Below, piece by piece: positions 50,146 to 58,573 of a DNA stretch of 64,000 bases. Position 1 is the stretch's first letter; each line of letters begins with the position of its first letter. The stretch is from Cyclobacteriaceae bacterium (GTDB lineage: Bacteria > Bacteroidota > Bacteroidia > Cytophagales > Cyclobacteriaceae). Position numbers and translations under genes: made by a program. The stretch is from NCBI GenBank assembly GCA_025350305.1, contig JANXYC010000160.1:25038-89037 (forward strand). The letters are read 5' to 3'. The notes beneath the pieces were generated by a model, which had not been told where the DNA came from, made no database searches, and saw nothing but the letters and a program-made list of their open reading frames with translations.

Positions 50146-52101
50146 ATGGCTGACAAAGGTTATACGAAAAGTGAAATTTGGAAAAATATCTTTGGCATCA
50201 TTGTTCCATATAAAAAAAGATTCCTTCTAGTTGTTTTCATAAGCCTGCTAAGCACAGGGGCTAACTTAATAGAGCCGTTAATCTACCGGGAGGCCATCAA
50301 CGATGTAGCCGGCCTTTTCGTGCAAAAAGCCAAAGATGATACACGCCAGGCAATGGGTTCTGATTCTGTCAGCACAGCAAACGATTCAACTTTAATTGAA
50401 GACAAGAATGTCTTAGAGGACGGAGAAAAAGAAGCCCACCAAAAGGACCATGTTGCTTCGCGCACACCTGAGCAGGCAATCCAAACGTTGCTGTGGGCGG
50501 TAGGCTTGATTTTTTTGGTGAACATAGCAGGCCATATTTTAGTGCTGATTGGGGCAAACATGAATGTGAAATTAGCCTGCAATATCGAGCAGGGCTTTAT
50601 CCAAAACACCTTTGCCCATGTGCTAAAACAACCTCTTACTTTTTTCAGTAAGCGATCAAGTGCCGGGCTCTCCAAACAAATAAACCAGTCGGAAGAAGTC
50701 TCAGCCGTGGTTAACGGTTTTTCGGAGCAAATCCTTCCCGAAATCATCAGTCTAACGGGGATTTTGATTATCATGTTTTCTCAAAACGTTACGCTGTCAC
50801 TCATTGCACTCATCGTAATTCCATTTTACCTGATGATTGCCTGGCGTTCAGCCACAAAATTGGAAACAGGTCTTGCCGCTTACTATGAACGATGGGAAGA
50901 AGTTTCGGCACGTATGCAAGATGCGCTTGGTGGAATCAAAACAGTAAAACTTTCTGGTGCCGAACAACGCGAAGTAGGTGAATTTAAAAAAATATCCAAC
51001 GAGGCCTATGTGGATTACATCAAGCGGAATAAGCTTTCAAACAAATATGTATTTTGGGAAAATGCGTTGACCAATATCTCCAGTGCTTTGGTGCTGGGGT
51101 ATGGCGGCTACTTGACATTGGAAAGACAACTTACACCTGGTGATGTGGTCATGTTTGTGGCCTACCTTGACCGGCTCTACACCCCCATCGATGCGCTGGC
51201 AAGCCTATGGGTCAATCTCCAGCAAAACGTAGCCTCGTTGGCCCGGGCATTCAAACTATTGAAAAATAATAAAGAAGAAGAAAAAGGAAAAGAGCTATCC
51301 ATTGGTAAGGGCTTGGTTGAGTTTGACAACGTGCGCTTTGGCTACACGGCGGACAAGGAAGTGCTCAAAGGAATTTCGTTTTCGCTTGAGCCAGGTAAGG
51401 TCACCGCGTTGGTTGGCACTTCTGGTGCGGGCAAAACTACCACGGTGGATTTGTTAATGAAACTTTACGAACCCAACAGCGGTGAAATACGAATTGATGG
51501 CAAAAAACTAGCAGAGGCCGATGCCGCCTCGATCCGAAGCCAGGTAGGCATGGTAGCTGCCGACGGCGCCATTTTTCGCGGGACGTTGGCAGACAACATT
51601 CGATATAAAAGGCCGACTGCCACCGATGAAGAAGTATTGGCAGCCGCCCACGCAGCGGGTATGCACAACACGTTGCAGCGATTACCCGATGGACTGAAAA
51701 CCCTTGTGGGTGAAAGCGGGTTTGGTCTTTCCGTGGGCGAACGGCAACGGATTCAAATTGCCCGCGTACTGGTAGCGAAACCAAAAATCCTGGTATTGGA
51801 CGAAGCCACTGCTAACCTCGATTATGCCACGGAAGCCGAAGTAAAGAAAACAGTTGATGAAATACGAAAGAACAGCACCGTTATCGTGATCGCCCACCGT
51901 TATTCTATGATAAAGGATGCAGATCTGGTACTTGTATTATCCGATGGACAGGTGGTAGAAAAAGGAACCCCCGAAGAATTAATAGCCAAAGGTGGTTGGT
52001 TCGCCGGCTTTGCACACGCTGCCGATAAGGTTGGCCAGGATGATGTTGAAGAAAATGAGGAGGACGAGGAAGAAGAAGTTGACGAGGAAACTAAAGAATA
52101 A
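50146..52101 (+). CDS. ABC exporter (fused permease and ATPase)
   Basis: ABC_membrane helices, GTSGAGKTT, LSVGERQR, ILVLDEAT, IAHR; acidic tail. Confidence 0.93.
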   Translation: MADKGYTKSEIWKNIFGIIVPYKKRFLLVVFISLLSTGANLIEPLIYREAINDVAGLFVQKAKDDTRQAMGSDSVSTANDSTLIEDKNVLEDGEKEAHQKDHVASRTPEQAIQTLLWAVGLIFLVNIAGHILVLIGANMNVKLACNIEQGFIQNTFAHVLKQPLTFFSKRSSAGLSKQINQSEEVSAVVNGFSEQILPEIISLTGILIIMFSQNVTLSLIALIVIPFYLMIAWRSATKLETGLAAYYERWEEVSARMQDALGGIKTVKLSGAEQREVGEFKKISNEAYVDYIKRNKLSNKYVFWENALTNISSALVLGYGGYLTLERQLTPGDVVMFVAYLDRLYTPIDALASLWVNLQQNVASLARAFKLLKNNKEEEKGKELSIGKGLVEFDNVRFGYTADKEVLKGISFSLEPGKVTALVGTSGAGKTTTVDLLMKLYEPNSGEIRIDGKKLAEADAASIRSQVGMVAADGAIFRGTLADNIRYKRPTATDEEVLAAAHAAGMHNTLQRLPDGLKTLVGESGFGLSVGERQRIQIARVLVAKPKILVLDEATANLDYATEAEVKKTVDEIRKNSTVIVIAHRYSMIKDADLVLVLSDGQVVEKGTPEELIAKGGWFAGFAHAADKVGQDDVEENEEDEEEEVDEETKE

Positions 52102-52150
52102 TAGTGGCCGCCTTTGGATTCACTCAAAGTGAACAATGGATCAGAAACAA

Positions 52151-53056
52151 TCAATAGCCCCACTTCTTCATGATGTCATAATCCTCTTTCATGCATTCAA
52201 CGGGTCCTTTGCCCTGATAGGATTCCTGCTCGATGATAAAATGAATGGTCCCGGATGTACGTCCCAGGTCTGTCACTTCTTTCACACCGACAATACCTGC
52301 ACCCAGGATGGTACTTTCATATTTCTCCTTGCCTTCCTTGCTGAGGATCTCATCCTTCACGTGCATGGATTCAAATCTTCCCGGATATTGTTTAACAATA
52401 TCCATTGCCTTGGCTCCACCATTGTACAAATTGCCGATGTCCAATTGCTGCATGACCAGTGACGGATCGGTGTTCTTCAGGATAATGTCATAGACCGTCA
52501 TGTTATTCAGCCGCTGGCTAAATTCAAAATCGTGATTGTGATAACCGAATTTCATCCCAGACTTTTTGCACAACTCGCCTGATTTATTAAAGACCTCCAT
52601 GTACCGGATGCAATCATCATATGTTTTGCGCAAACTTTCATCCAGCCACGGGCTGATGACAAATTGTTGACCCACCGCGGCCGCATCTTCCACGGTATAT
52701 TTCCAGGCATCGGTAAAAGCTTTTTTCTCAGCATCCCAATGCTGTTTGCCCATCACGGTATGACCGCTTGGCATCCTCATGCCCAGATCATCCAGTATTT
52801 TTTTAAATTCTGAAGCTGACCATCCGTAGAATTTGCGATTTACATAATTGGCATGCTCGACGTTTTTGTACCCGATGGCCGCCAATTGCTTCAAGGTACC
52901 GAGGGGGTCACTTTTCATGAGGTCCCGCACGCAATAAAGTTGCAGTCCCAATACTTCATTTCCTTTTGCTTCGGCAAAAAGTGAATGACTGAACGCTGCT
53001 GTGCCCGCCAATGCGAAGGCACTTTGTTTTAAGAAACCTCTTCGTGAAGTACTCAT
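52151..53056 (-). CDS. sugar phosphate isomerase/epimerase (TIM barrel), Tat-exported
   Basis: SRRGFLK Tat signal, GLQLYCVR, FGYHNHDFEF, MHVKD. Confidence 0.9.
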   Translation of the reverse strand: MSTSRRGFLKQSAFALAGTAAFSHSLFAEAKGNEVLGLQLYCVRDLMKSDPLGTLKQLAAIGYKNVEHANYVNRKFYGWSASEFKKILDDLGMRMPSGHTVMGKQHWDAEKKAFTDAWKYTVEDAAAVGQQFVISPWLDESLRKTYDDCIRYMEVFNKSGELCKKSGMKFGYHNHDFEFSQRLNNMTVYDIILKNTDPSLVMQQLDIGNLYNGGAKAMDIVKQYPGRFESMHVKDEILSKEGKEKYESTILGAGIVGVKEVTDLGRTSGTIHFIIEQESYQGKGPVECMKEDYDIMKKWGY

Positions 53057-53530
53057 GCTGTTTAATGTTTATTCAGGAAGACGAATATAGTAAAAAGGTT
53101 TTTGAAAAAAGATAGTCCGAGACCAGCCGGAACTCAGCCCAAAAGAATACCTAAAGAAGGACAAAGAAATATATTCGTTAGGAAATTGATTACACCCCCT
53201 GGCCATTTGGCCAATCTTTCCGGGTCTGTACTGTCGCCCGGAAAAGTATGGCCCCTTTTATCCAGAAACTTTGCAGTGGGACTTTTTCTTCTGCTTGTCC
53301 GATTAGGATAATTTTTGAGAACCCACGGGTGTAATTGAGTGTCGGTTTCTGCAATTTATCAGTGCTAAACAAAACGCCAATTCAATTGGGTTTTTGTTGT
53401 CATCTCTAAATCTTTAATTAAGATTCTTAAATCTTCGTTCTTTAACGAGTCATTTGCTTCCTTATATTTGACTAATGCCTTCCCTCATCCCCAATTAAGA
53501 ATGCAATATTTTTATTTCCCACAGCCCCCG

Positions 53531-53576
53531 CCACGTTGGTGTTCAGTGGGCTTGCGCGGCGGCGGACACCAACGCG
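53531..53576. repeat. REP family C copy 1
   Basis: cgttggtgttcag ... acaccaacgcg hairpin. Confidence 0.8.
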
Positions 53577-53638
53577 ACTTCGCACGTCAGCAGCACGCAC
53601 CTTTTCGCTTGCCCTGTGCCACTGCTCAACCCAACCCC

Positions 53639-53970
53639 CTACCCTTCAATATGCGAAAAAAAATCCCAATCCTTCTCGTTGCAAAGGTAAAATCGCGCAC
53701 TTGAATACTTGTATTCTTCCGGGTACTTGCAAAGTCCAGCTTTTACTGGATTACTGTGAATATAGTTAAGTTTCTGTTTGAGGACCGAAGGTGACCACAA
53801 CGGTATGCTTAGGGATTTTCTCATCCACACCTGGTACTTTCTGTCTAGCTTGTTAACCAGCATGTCGGCTAATAAAGGTGAGTCCGCGTTCGTAAGATTT
53901 CTTAAGATCATTTGGGCCATTGACGGGAAGTCACCGTTGTATAATCGGCGTATCGTTTGACAAATTTCAT
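53639..53970 (-). pseudogene. REP-associated tyrosine transposase (RAYT) with internal deletion
   Basis: MKFVKRYADYTTVT..W start, then DRKYQVW, KLNYIHSNPVKAGL, PEEYKYSSARFY; no HUH motif. Confidence 0.8.
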
Positions 53971-54049
53971 ATCGCCAAACTCGAGAAAATCATGCGGCAA
54001 TAAAATCCTGCTTTCCAGACAGACTTAAAGTTTGCATTAAGTTCGCGGC

Positions 54050-54100
54050 GCGCGTTGGTGTCGCCCGCGCGCTGCCAACTGAACACCAACACGAGGCAGG
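54050..54100. repeat. REP family C copy 2 (inverted relative to copies 1 and 3)
   Basis: gcgcgttggtgt ... gaacaccaacacgaggcagg. Confidence 0.85.
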
Positions 54101-54101
54101 G

Positions 54102-55103
54102 ATAGCGGGAGCTGTTGTAAAACAGTTGCAACTGAAACTCCTGTCAGTGCCAAAGAGTGCTGCTTCTAAGACCACTATTGAGGTTCATAAGCTGCTTCTC
54201 CAGGGTAATTATTTTTGGGATAGAGGAGGAGTGGAAAATTATAATAAAGCAGATGAGTTTTACAACCAGGCTTTAGCCAATGACTCCGGTAATGCGCGGA
54301 TTTGGGCTGCAATGACAAAAGTGAAAATTACCCGTGCTGTAAGCTCCTATAAAGATTACCATGTGAATTTTAACAAAGCCAAGGAATACGCGGCTCGTGC
54401 TATTTTACTGGATAGCCAATTGCCCGAAGCCCATCGGGTAATGGGTGTAATAATGATGTTCTATGACTTTGATTGGCAGGGAGCAGAAAGAGAGTATGGC
54501 CGGGCTCTGGAATTGGAACCCGGTAACTCGGATACGTATAGAAATTTGGCTCAACTGGAAAACATTCTTGGAAGGTACGAGGCAGCTGTTGTTCATTTCG
54601 AGAAGGCGCTTGAATTAAATCCCCTTAACTGGTTAACCATTAGCAACCTTGCAAACACTCTTCATTTGATGTCCAAGCATGAGGAGGCGATCCGCATATT
54701 CAAAAATGGAATGGAATTGAATCCACAAGGTGCTTATCAAGGTTTAGCGTATGCCTATTTGGTGTCGAACAAGCCCCGGCAAACACTTGAACAATTAGAG
54801 ACAATCCCAAATGGTTCCTATAAAACTTATCTTTCTGCAATGGCCTATCACGAACTCGGGCGTAGGAAGGAAGCTAAGGAAGCTTTTGACAAGGTGCTTC
54901 TTGAATATAAAAATGGAAGTTATCGAATAGCCCAGATTTATGCGTTCATGAACCAGAAAGACAAGGCCTTTCGTTGGCTCGAGAAAGCTTATTCAGAAAA
55001 ATATTTTATGTGGGTGTTAAAGACGGATTATCTACTTACTAATCTGCGAGGCGACCCTCGCTACATAGATTTATTGAGAAGAATGAATTTGCCTTTAAAT
55101 TAA
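54102..55103 (+). pseudogene. TPR protein (C-terminal half of a TolB-like/TPR signalling protein), 5'-truncated
   Basis: Frame begins IAGAVVKQLQLKLL right after the REP, with no upstream ATG; multiple TPRs; AFRWLEKAY...LRGDPRY tail. Confidence 0.7.
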
Positions 55104-55280
55104 CGTCTTCTCAAAGTCTGCTATAGTTTCCAATCTACTTTTGTAAGTAGCTTAATGATCCAATACGTTCAGTAAAAAGTCAGTCGCCGAAGCGATGTCA
55201 CACCTCATCCGTTTTTTCTTTGTACCGAATGAGCTTTAACACCGGTCTAACACCTTTTTCAAAACCGCGCATCTATTTTT

Positions 55281-55480
55281 GAGGCTCGTCCAGGTTTATC
55301 AAAGATCAAAGTTTAATAGTAAGTTCTAAATGTCCACCAAGTCCTAGATCTTACAGGGAGATCTCCTGATGTGGAGAACATTGAGGAGAAGTCAGGCGCC
55401 TACGCTAAAGCTTCAGCGCCAGCGTGCAGAGGTCATAGTAATTGGAAGCAACGAGCTCCGCGAAACGCGGGGAGGACTCA
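55281..55480 (+). ncRNA. group II intron relic (3' end of D1, D2, D3) with a 31-nt hairpin insertion
   Basis: tcttacagggagatctcct..aggagaagtcag [55396-55426] cagaggtcatagta ... ggaggactcac resembles the class C D1/D2/D3 junction. Confidence 0.7.
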
Positions 55481-55498
55481 CAACCTATGAAGTGGCAT

Positions 55499-56785
55499 TC
55501 AATTCAACAATGCAGCAACCTTTTCCTTCAACATTTTTCTTTCGGTTTTGGATTGAGTTAAGCGGATGGCTGTTTCAAAATTCTTTTTTGCTTCTACTGA
55601 ATTATTCAGCCGTGAGTTGATTTCTCCAAGCAAACTGTGATAGAGATAATAGGTTTCCATTTTATTTTTTTCAGAAATGCCTTTCAAAAATTGCAATGCT
55701 TCTGCTGCTCCATTAACCTGCATCAATACAACTGCTTTGTTCAATTCGGTAATTGGAGAGGGAGATATTTTACAAAGCCAGTCATACAATTCTAAAATTC
55801 GTTTCCAGTTTGTTTTGCCAAAACTTTCTGCTGTGCAATGTTCAAATGCAATGGCGGCTTCCAAATGATAGTTGCTTATGGAATTACCAAAGGCAGCTTT
55901 GTCCATGTATTCGTTTCCCTTTGCAATCAAATTATAATTCCATTTTCTTCTGTCCTGATTCGCAAGCAAAATAATTTCCCCTTCAGTAGTCAAACGGCTG
56001 TCGCTTCTTGACGAATGAAAATACATCAGTGCCATCAACGCAAAAGTTTCTGGCAGTTGTGTGTCTTTATTTTCTGTTAGTAGTTTGCAAAGCAAGATGG
56101 CTTCATCAATCAAATCTTTGCGAATGAGTTCGTTGGAATGAGTTGAATTATAGCCTTCATTAAACAAAAGATAAATTGAATTCAACACAGCACTATTTCT
56201 GTTTTTAATTTCAGAAGCAGAAGGGATTTCCATTTTGATTTTATGCTGACGAAAAAATTCTCTCGTTCGGTAAAGTCGTTTTGAAACGGTGTCTTCTGAA
56301 GTGAGAAATGATTTTGCAATTTCTGCGGTGCTGAAACCACAAAGTGTTTTTAAGATTAGAGTGATTTGATTCTCTTCTGAAATTTCAGGATGACAACAAG
56401 CGAACATCATCCGTAACATATCATCGGCAATCAATTCTTCTTTCCAAAGGTTTTCCATCGTAGTTGCTAAGGTATATTCAGATTTGAGCAATGCTCTTTC
56501 GCTATCGCTAAAATCATATTGAACTGAGTGTTTGTTTTTGCGAATAACATCAATGGCTTTATTTTTTGCAACGCGAAAAAGCCATGCAGAAGGATTATCA
56601 GGAATTCCTTTGAATGCCCACACTTGCAAAGCATCCATAAAAGTTTGCTGCACCACATCTTCGGCAGTCCCTAAATTTTCTGTGCCAAATATTTTCGTTA
56701 AAACGGAAACCATCTTTCCGGATTCATGACGGAAAAGATGGTCGCTTAGTTGGTGAACATTGTATGTAGAATTTTTATCCTGCAT
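55499..56785 (-). CDS. ECF sigma factor with C-terminal TPR extension (ECF42-type)
   Basis: AEDVVQQTF, WLFRVAKNKAIDVIR, LRMMFACCHP, LCGFSTAEIA, YLLFNEGY; YciI neighbours. Confidence 0.88.
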   Translation of the reverse strand: MQDKNSTYNVHQLSDHLFRHESGKMVSVLTKIFGTENLGTAEDVVQQTFMDALQVWAFKGIPDNPSAWLFRVAKNKAIDVIRKNKHSVQYDFSDSERALLKSEYTLATTMENLWKEELIADDMLRMMFACCHPEISEENQITLILKTLCGFSTAEIAKSFLTSEDTVSKRLYRTREFFRQHKIKMEIPSASEIKNRNSAVLNSIYLLFNEGYNSTHSNELIRKDLIDEAILLCKLLTENKDTQLPETFALMALMYFHSSRSDSRLTTEGEIILLANQDRRKWNYNLIAKGNEYMDKAAFGNSISNYHLEAAIAFEHCTAESFGKTNWKRILELYDWLCKISPSPITELNKAVVLMQVNGAAEALQFLKGISEKNKMETYYLYHSLLGEINSRLNNSVEAKKNFETAIRLTQSKTERKMLKEKVAALLN

Positions 56786-56875
56786 GATTGAAAATCAAAA
56801 ATTTGCTACGAAAGCAAACATTACAAATTACTTCTTTTAAAGAATAAGTATGGAGCACAAAGATGCTTAAAACAA

Positions 56876-56914
56876 AAACCATCTTCTCCATTTTTAAATT
56901 GAAGAAGATGGTTT
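56876..56914 (-). terminator. hairpin between the YciI gene and the sigma gene
   Basis: aaaccatcttct ... agaagatggttt, with a T run on the minus strand. Confidence 0.55.
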
Positions 56915-56937
56915 ATGTTTTTTTTCAGCAATGCTTA

Positions 56938-57291
56938 TCACTTCGGCATATCCACCTTTTTAAGCTGACGGATTTCTACTTTTCCATCATGCTCTAAAAT
57001 CGGGCAACCTTTTGAAATTTCTGTTGCTTCATCCAACGAAGATGCTTTCACAATCAAGTAACCGCCAACGGTTTCTTTCGCCTCCATAAACGGACCGTCA
57101 ATTACCATTTTGTTTTTTCCGTTTACTTGTTTGCCTGCCACTTCAAGCGGTTCACCGCCATCAAGGATTTGTTTTTCAGCAAGCCCTTTCATCCATGCTC
57201 CCCATTTTTGCATGTGTGCCTGCAACAATTCAGGTGACTGTTGTGCACTTACAGCATCACCGCCTCTGAAAATATATAGATACCTTTCCAT
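56938..57291 (-). CDS. YciI/DGPF family protein
   Basis: DGPFMEAKETVGGYLIV. Confidence 0.9.
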   Translation of the reverse strand: MERYLYIFRGGDAVSAQQSPELLQAHMQKWGAWMKGLAEKQILDGGEPLEVAGKQVNGKNKMVIDGPFMEAKETVGGYLIVKASSLDEATEISKGCPILEHDGKVEIRQLKKVDMPK

Positions 57292-57315
57292 ATTGTTTTT
57301 GTTTTTAGATTTTAA

Positions 57316-57696
57316 TTATTTGTTTGAATGAAGACCAATTAAATTACCTTCTGTGTCAGTAAAAAATGCCATGAAACCATTTTCTCCAATAGCTGTTTTC
57401 GGCATCTTGATTTTGCCTCCGGCTTTTTCAACTTTTGAAAGTGCTTTCTTTAAATCAGGATTTCCGTTCAGATAAATCTTAACGCCATCCTTACCCGGCT
57501 TGTGCATTTTACTTTCGCAAATGCCTCCTGAAGCTTTTCCGCTGCCAGCTTTCCAAGGGAAGAATGCCATTTTCATTCTCATCATTTCTATTACTTCCAT
57601 CTTGATTCCGAATATTGCTTCGTAGAATTTTTTTGCACGGTTGATATCTTCCACTGAGATTTCAAACCAGTTGATTGAATTTTCTTTTGCTGTCAT
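57316..57696 (-). CDS. VOC/glyoxalase family protein
   Basis: NWFEISVEDINRAKKFYEAIFG, FTDTEGNLIGLHS. Confidence 0.9.
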   Translation of the reverse strand: MTAKENSINWFEISVEDINRAKKFYEAIFGIKMEVIEMMRMKMAFFPWKAGSGKASGGICESKMHKPGKDGVKIYLNGNPDLKKALSKVEKAGGKIKMPKTAIGENGFMAFFTDTEGNLIGLHSNK

Positions 57697-57730
57697 TTTG
57701 ATTTTTTTTATTGTTTATTATGAATTGATT

Positions 57731-58069
57731 TTACATTCCTGGTATTGGCATGGATTCATGAACTTCAATAGAGCATTCAGCATTATAAGCTAAGTGTGGA
57801 TGCCCTTGCAAAAGTGAAATTGCTTCCTTCATATCATTTGCCTGAAGAACAGAATATCCCGAAACTTGTTTGTTGCTGGCAGAACTACCGGCAGCAGTAA
57901 GAGATTGGCCATTTGCAAGCTGAGAACCCATATCCACTAATTTGTCGCCACATTTTTTAGCCCATGTCATCCAGGCTTCCATTCCTTTTGCTTGTTGCTC
58001 AGGAGTCATTTCATTAGTATGCATACCTGCTTCTCCAGGTGCATGATAGATTACGATAAATTTTTTCAT
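57731..58069 (-). CDS. YciI-like protein
   Basis: EAWMTWA, LVDMG, GYSVLQA.DM.EA..LL.GHPHL, IEVHE. Confidence 0.75.
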   Translation of the reverse strand: MKKFIVIYHAPGEAGMHTNEMTPEQQAKGMEAWMTWAKKCGDKLVDMGSQLANGQSLTAAGSSASNKQVSGYSVLQANDMKEAISLLQGHPHLAYNAECSIEVHESMPIPGM

Positions 58070-58238
58070 TTTGTTTTTGTTTTTAATTGTTTGTGAATAT
58101 TTGAATTATACTCTAATGACGAACTCACTTTTGAAATTTGGACATGAAGTTGTAATTTTTTTGTTGGCGAAAACACTCTTTTATTTTTTTTGGGTAGGTT
58201 TTTTCGTGTGTGGCAAAAAAATGAAAGTGTGTTTTGTG

Positions 58239-58450
58239 GTGCGCCCAGTATGGCGTGTTAGATATTCCAGACGGGAATATGAATAGATTATCCAGAGGGT
58301 GCAAGACCCGTATGTGCACAGCATCGATGGGCATTAGTAAGCTGCAAAGCCTGCACCGCTTTTTTGCGGGGGTGGTTTGTCGTGAGGCAAGCACTGAAGA
58401 AAGCAGGACTACAAAGATCTCCTGATGTGGAGAACATTGAGGAGAAGTCA
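58239..58450 (+). ncRNA. group II intron relic (5' end and D1, joined to D2)
   Basis: Begins gtgcgcccag; gagggtgcaagacccg and ctgaagaaagcaggac resemble class C D1 motifs; no RT ORF or D5 follows. Confidence 0.72.
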
Positions 58451-58476
58451 GGCGCCTACGCTAAGGCTTCAGCGCC
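58415..58476 (+). repeat. 62-bp direct repeat, right copy (left copy 55359-55420)
   Basis: agatctcctgatgtggagaacattgaggagaagtcaggcgcctacgctaa(a/g)gcttcagcgcc; 61/62 identical. Confidence 0.95.
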
Positions 58477-58520
58477 TCTTCAGCCCTTACTTGGGCAATA
58501 TAATATGCGGTACTGAAATC

Positions 58521-58553
58521 AAAAAAGGCTTCAAAGTTACCTTCGAAGCCTTT
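58521..58553 (-). terminator. intrinsic terminator after the GH3 gene
   Basis: aaaggcttc ... gaagccttt stem with a T run on the minus strand. Confidence 0.75.
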
Positions 58554-58573
58554 CATTCAAACTATTTAACAGA

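Noticed and set aside
53102-53372. Short ORFs or an IS fragment upstream of the TIM-barrel gene
   Set aside because: No transposase motif or terminal repeat identified.
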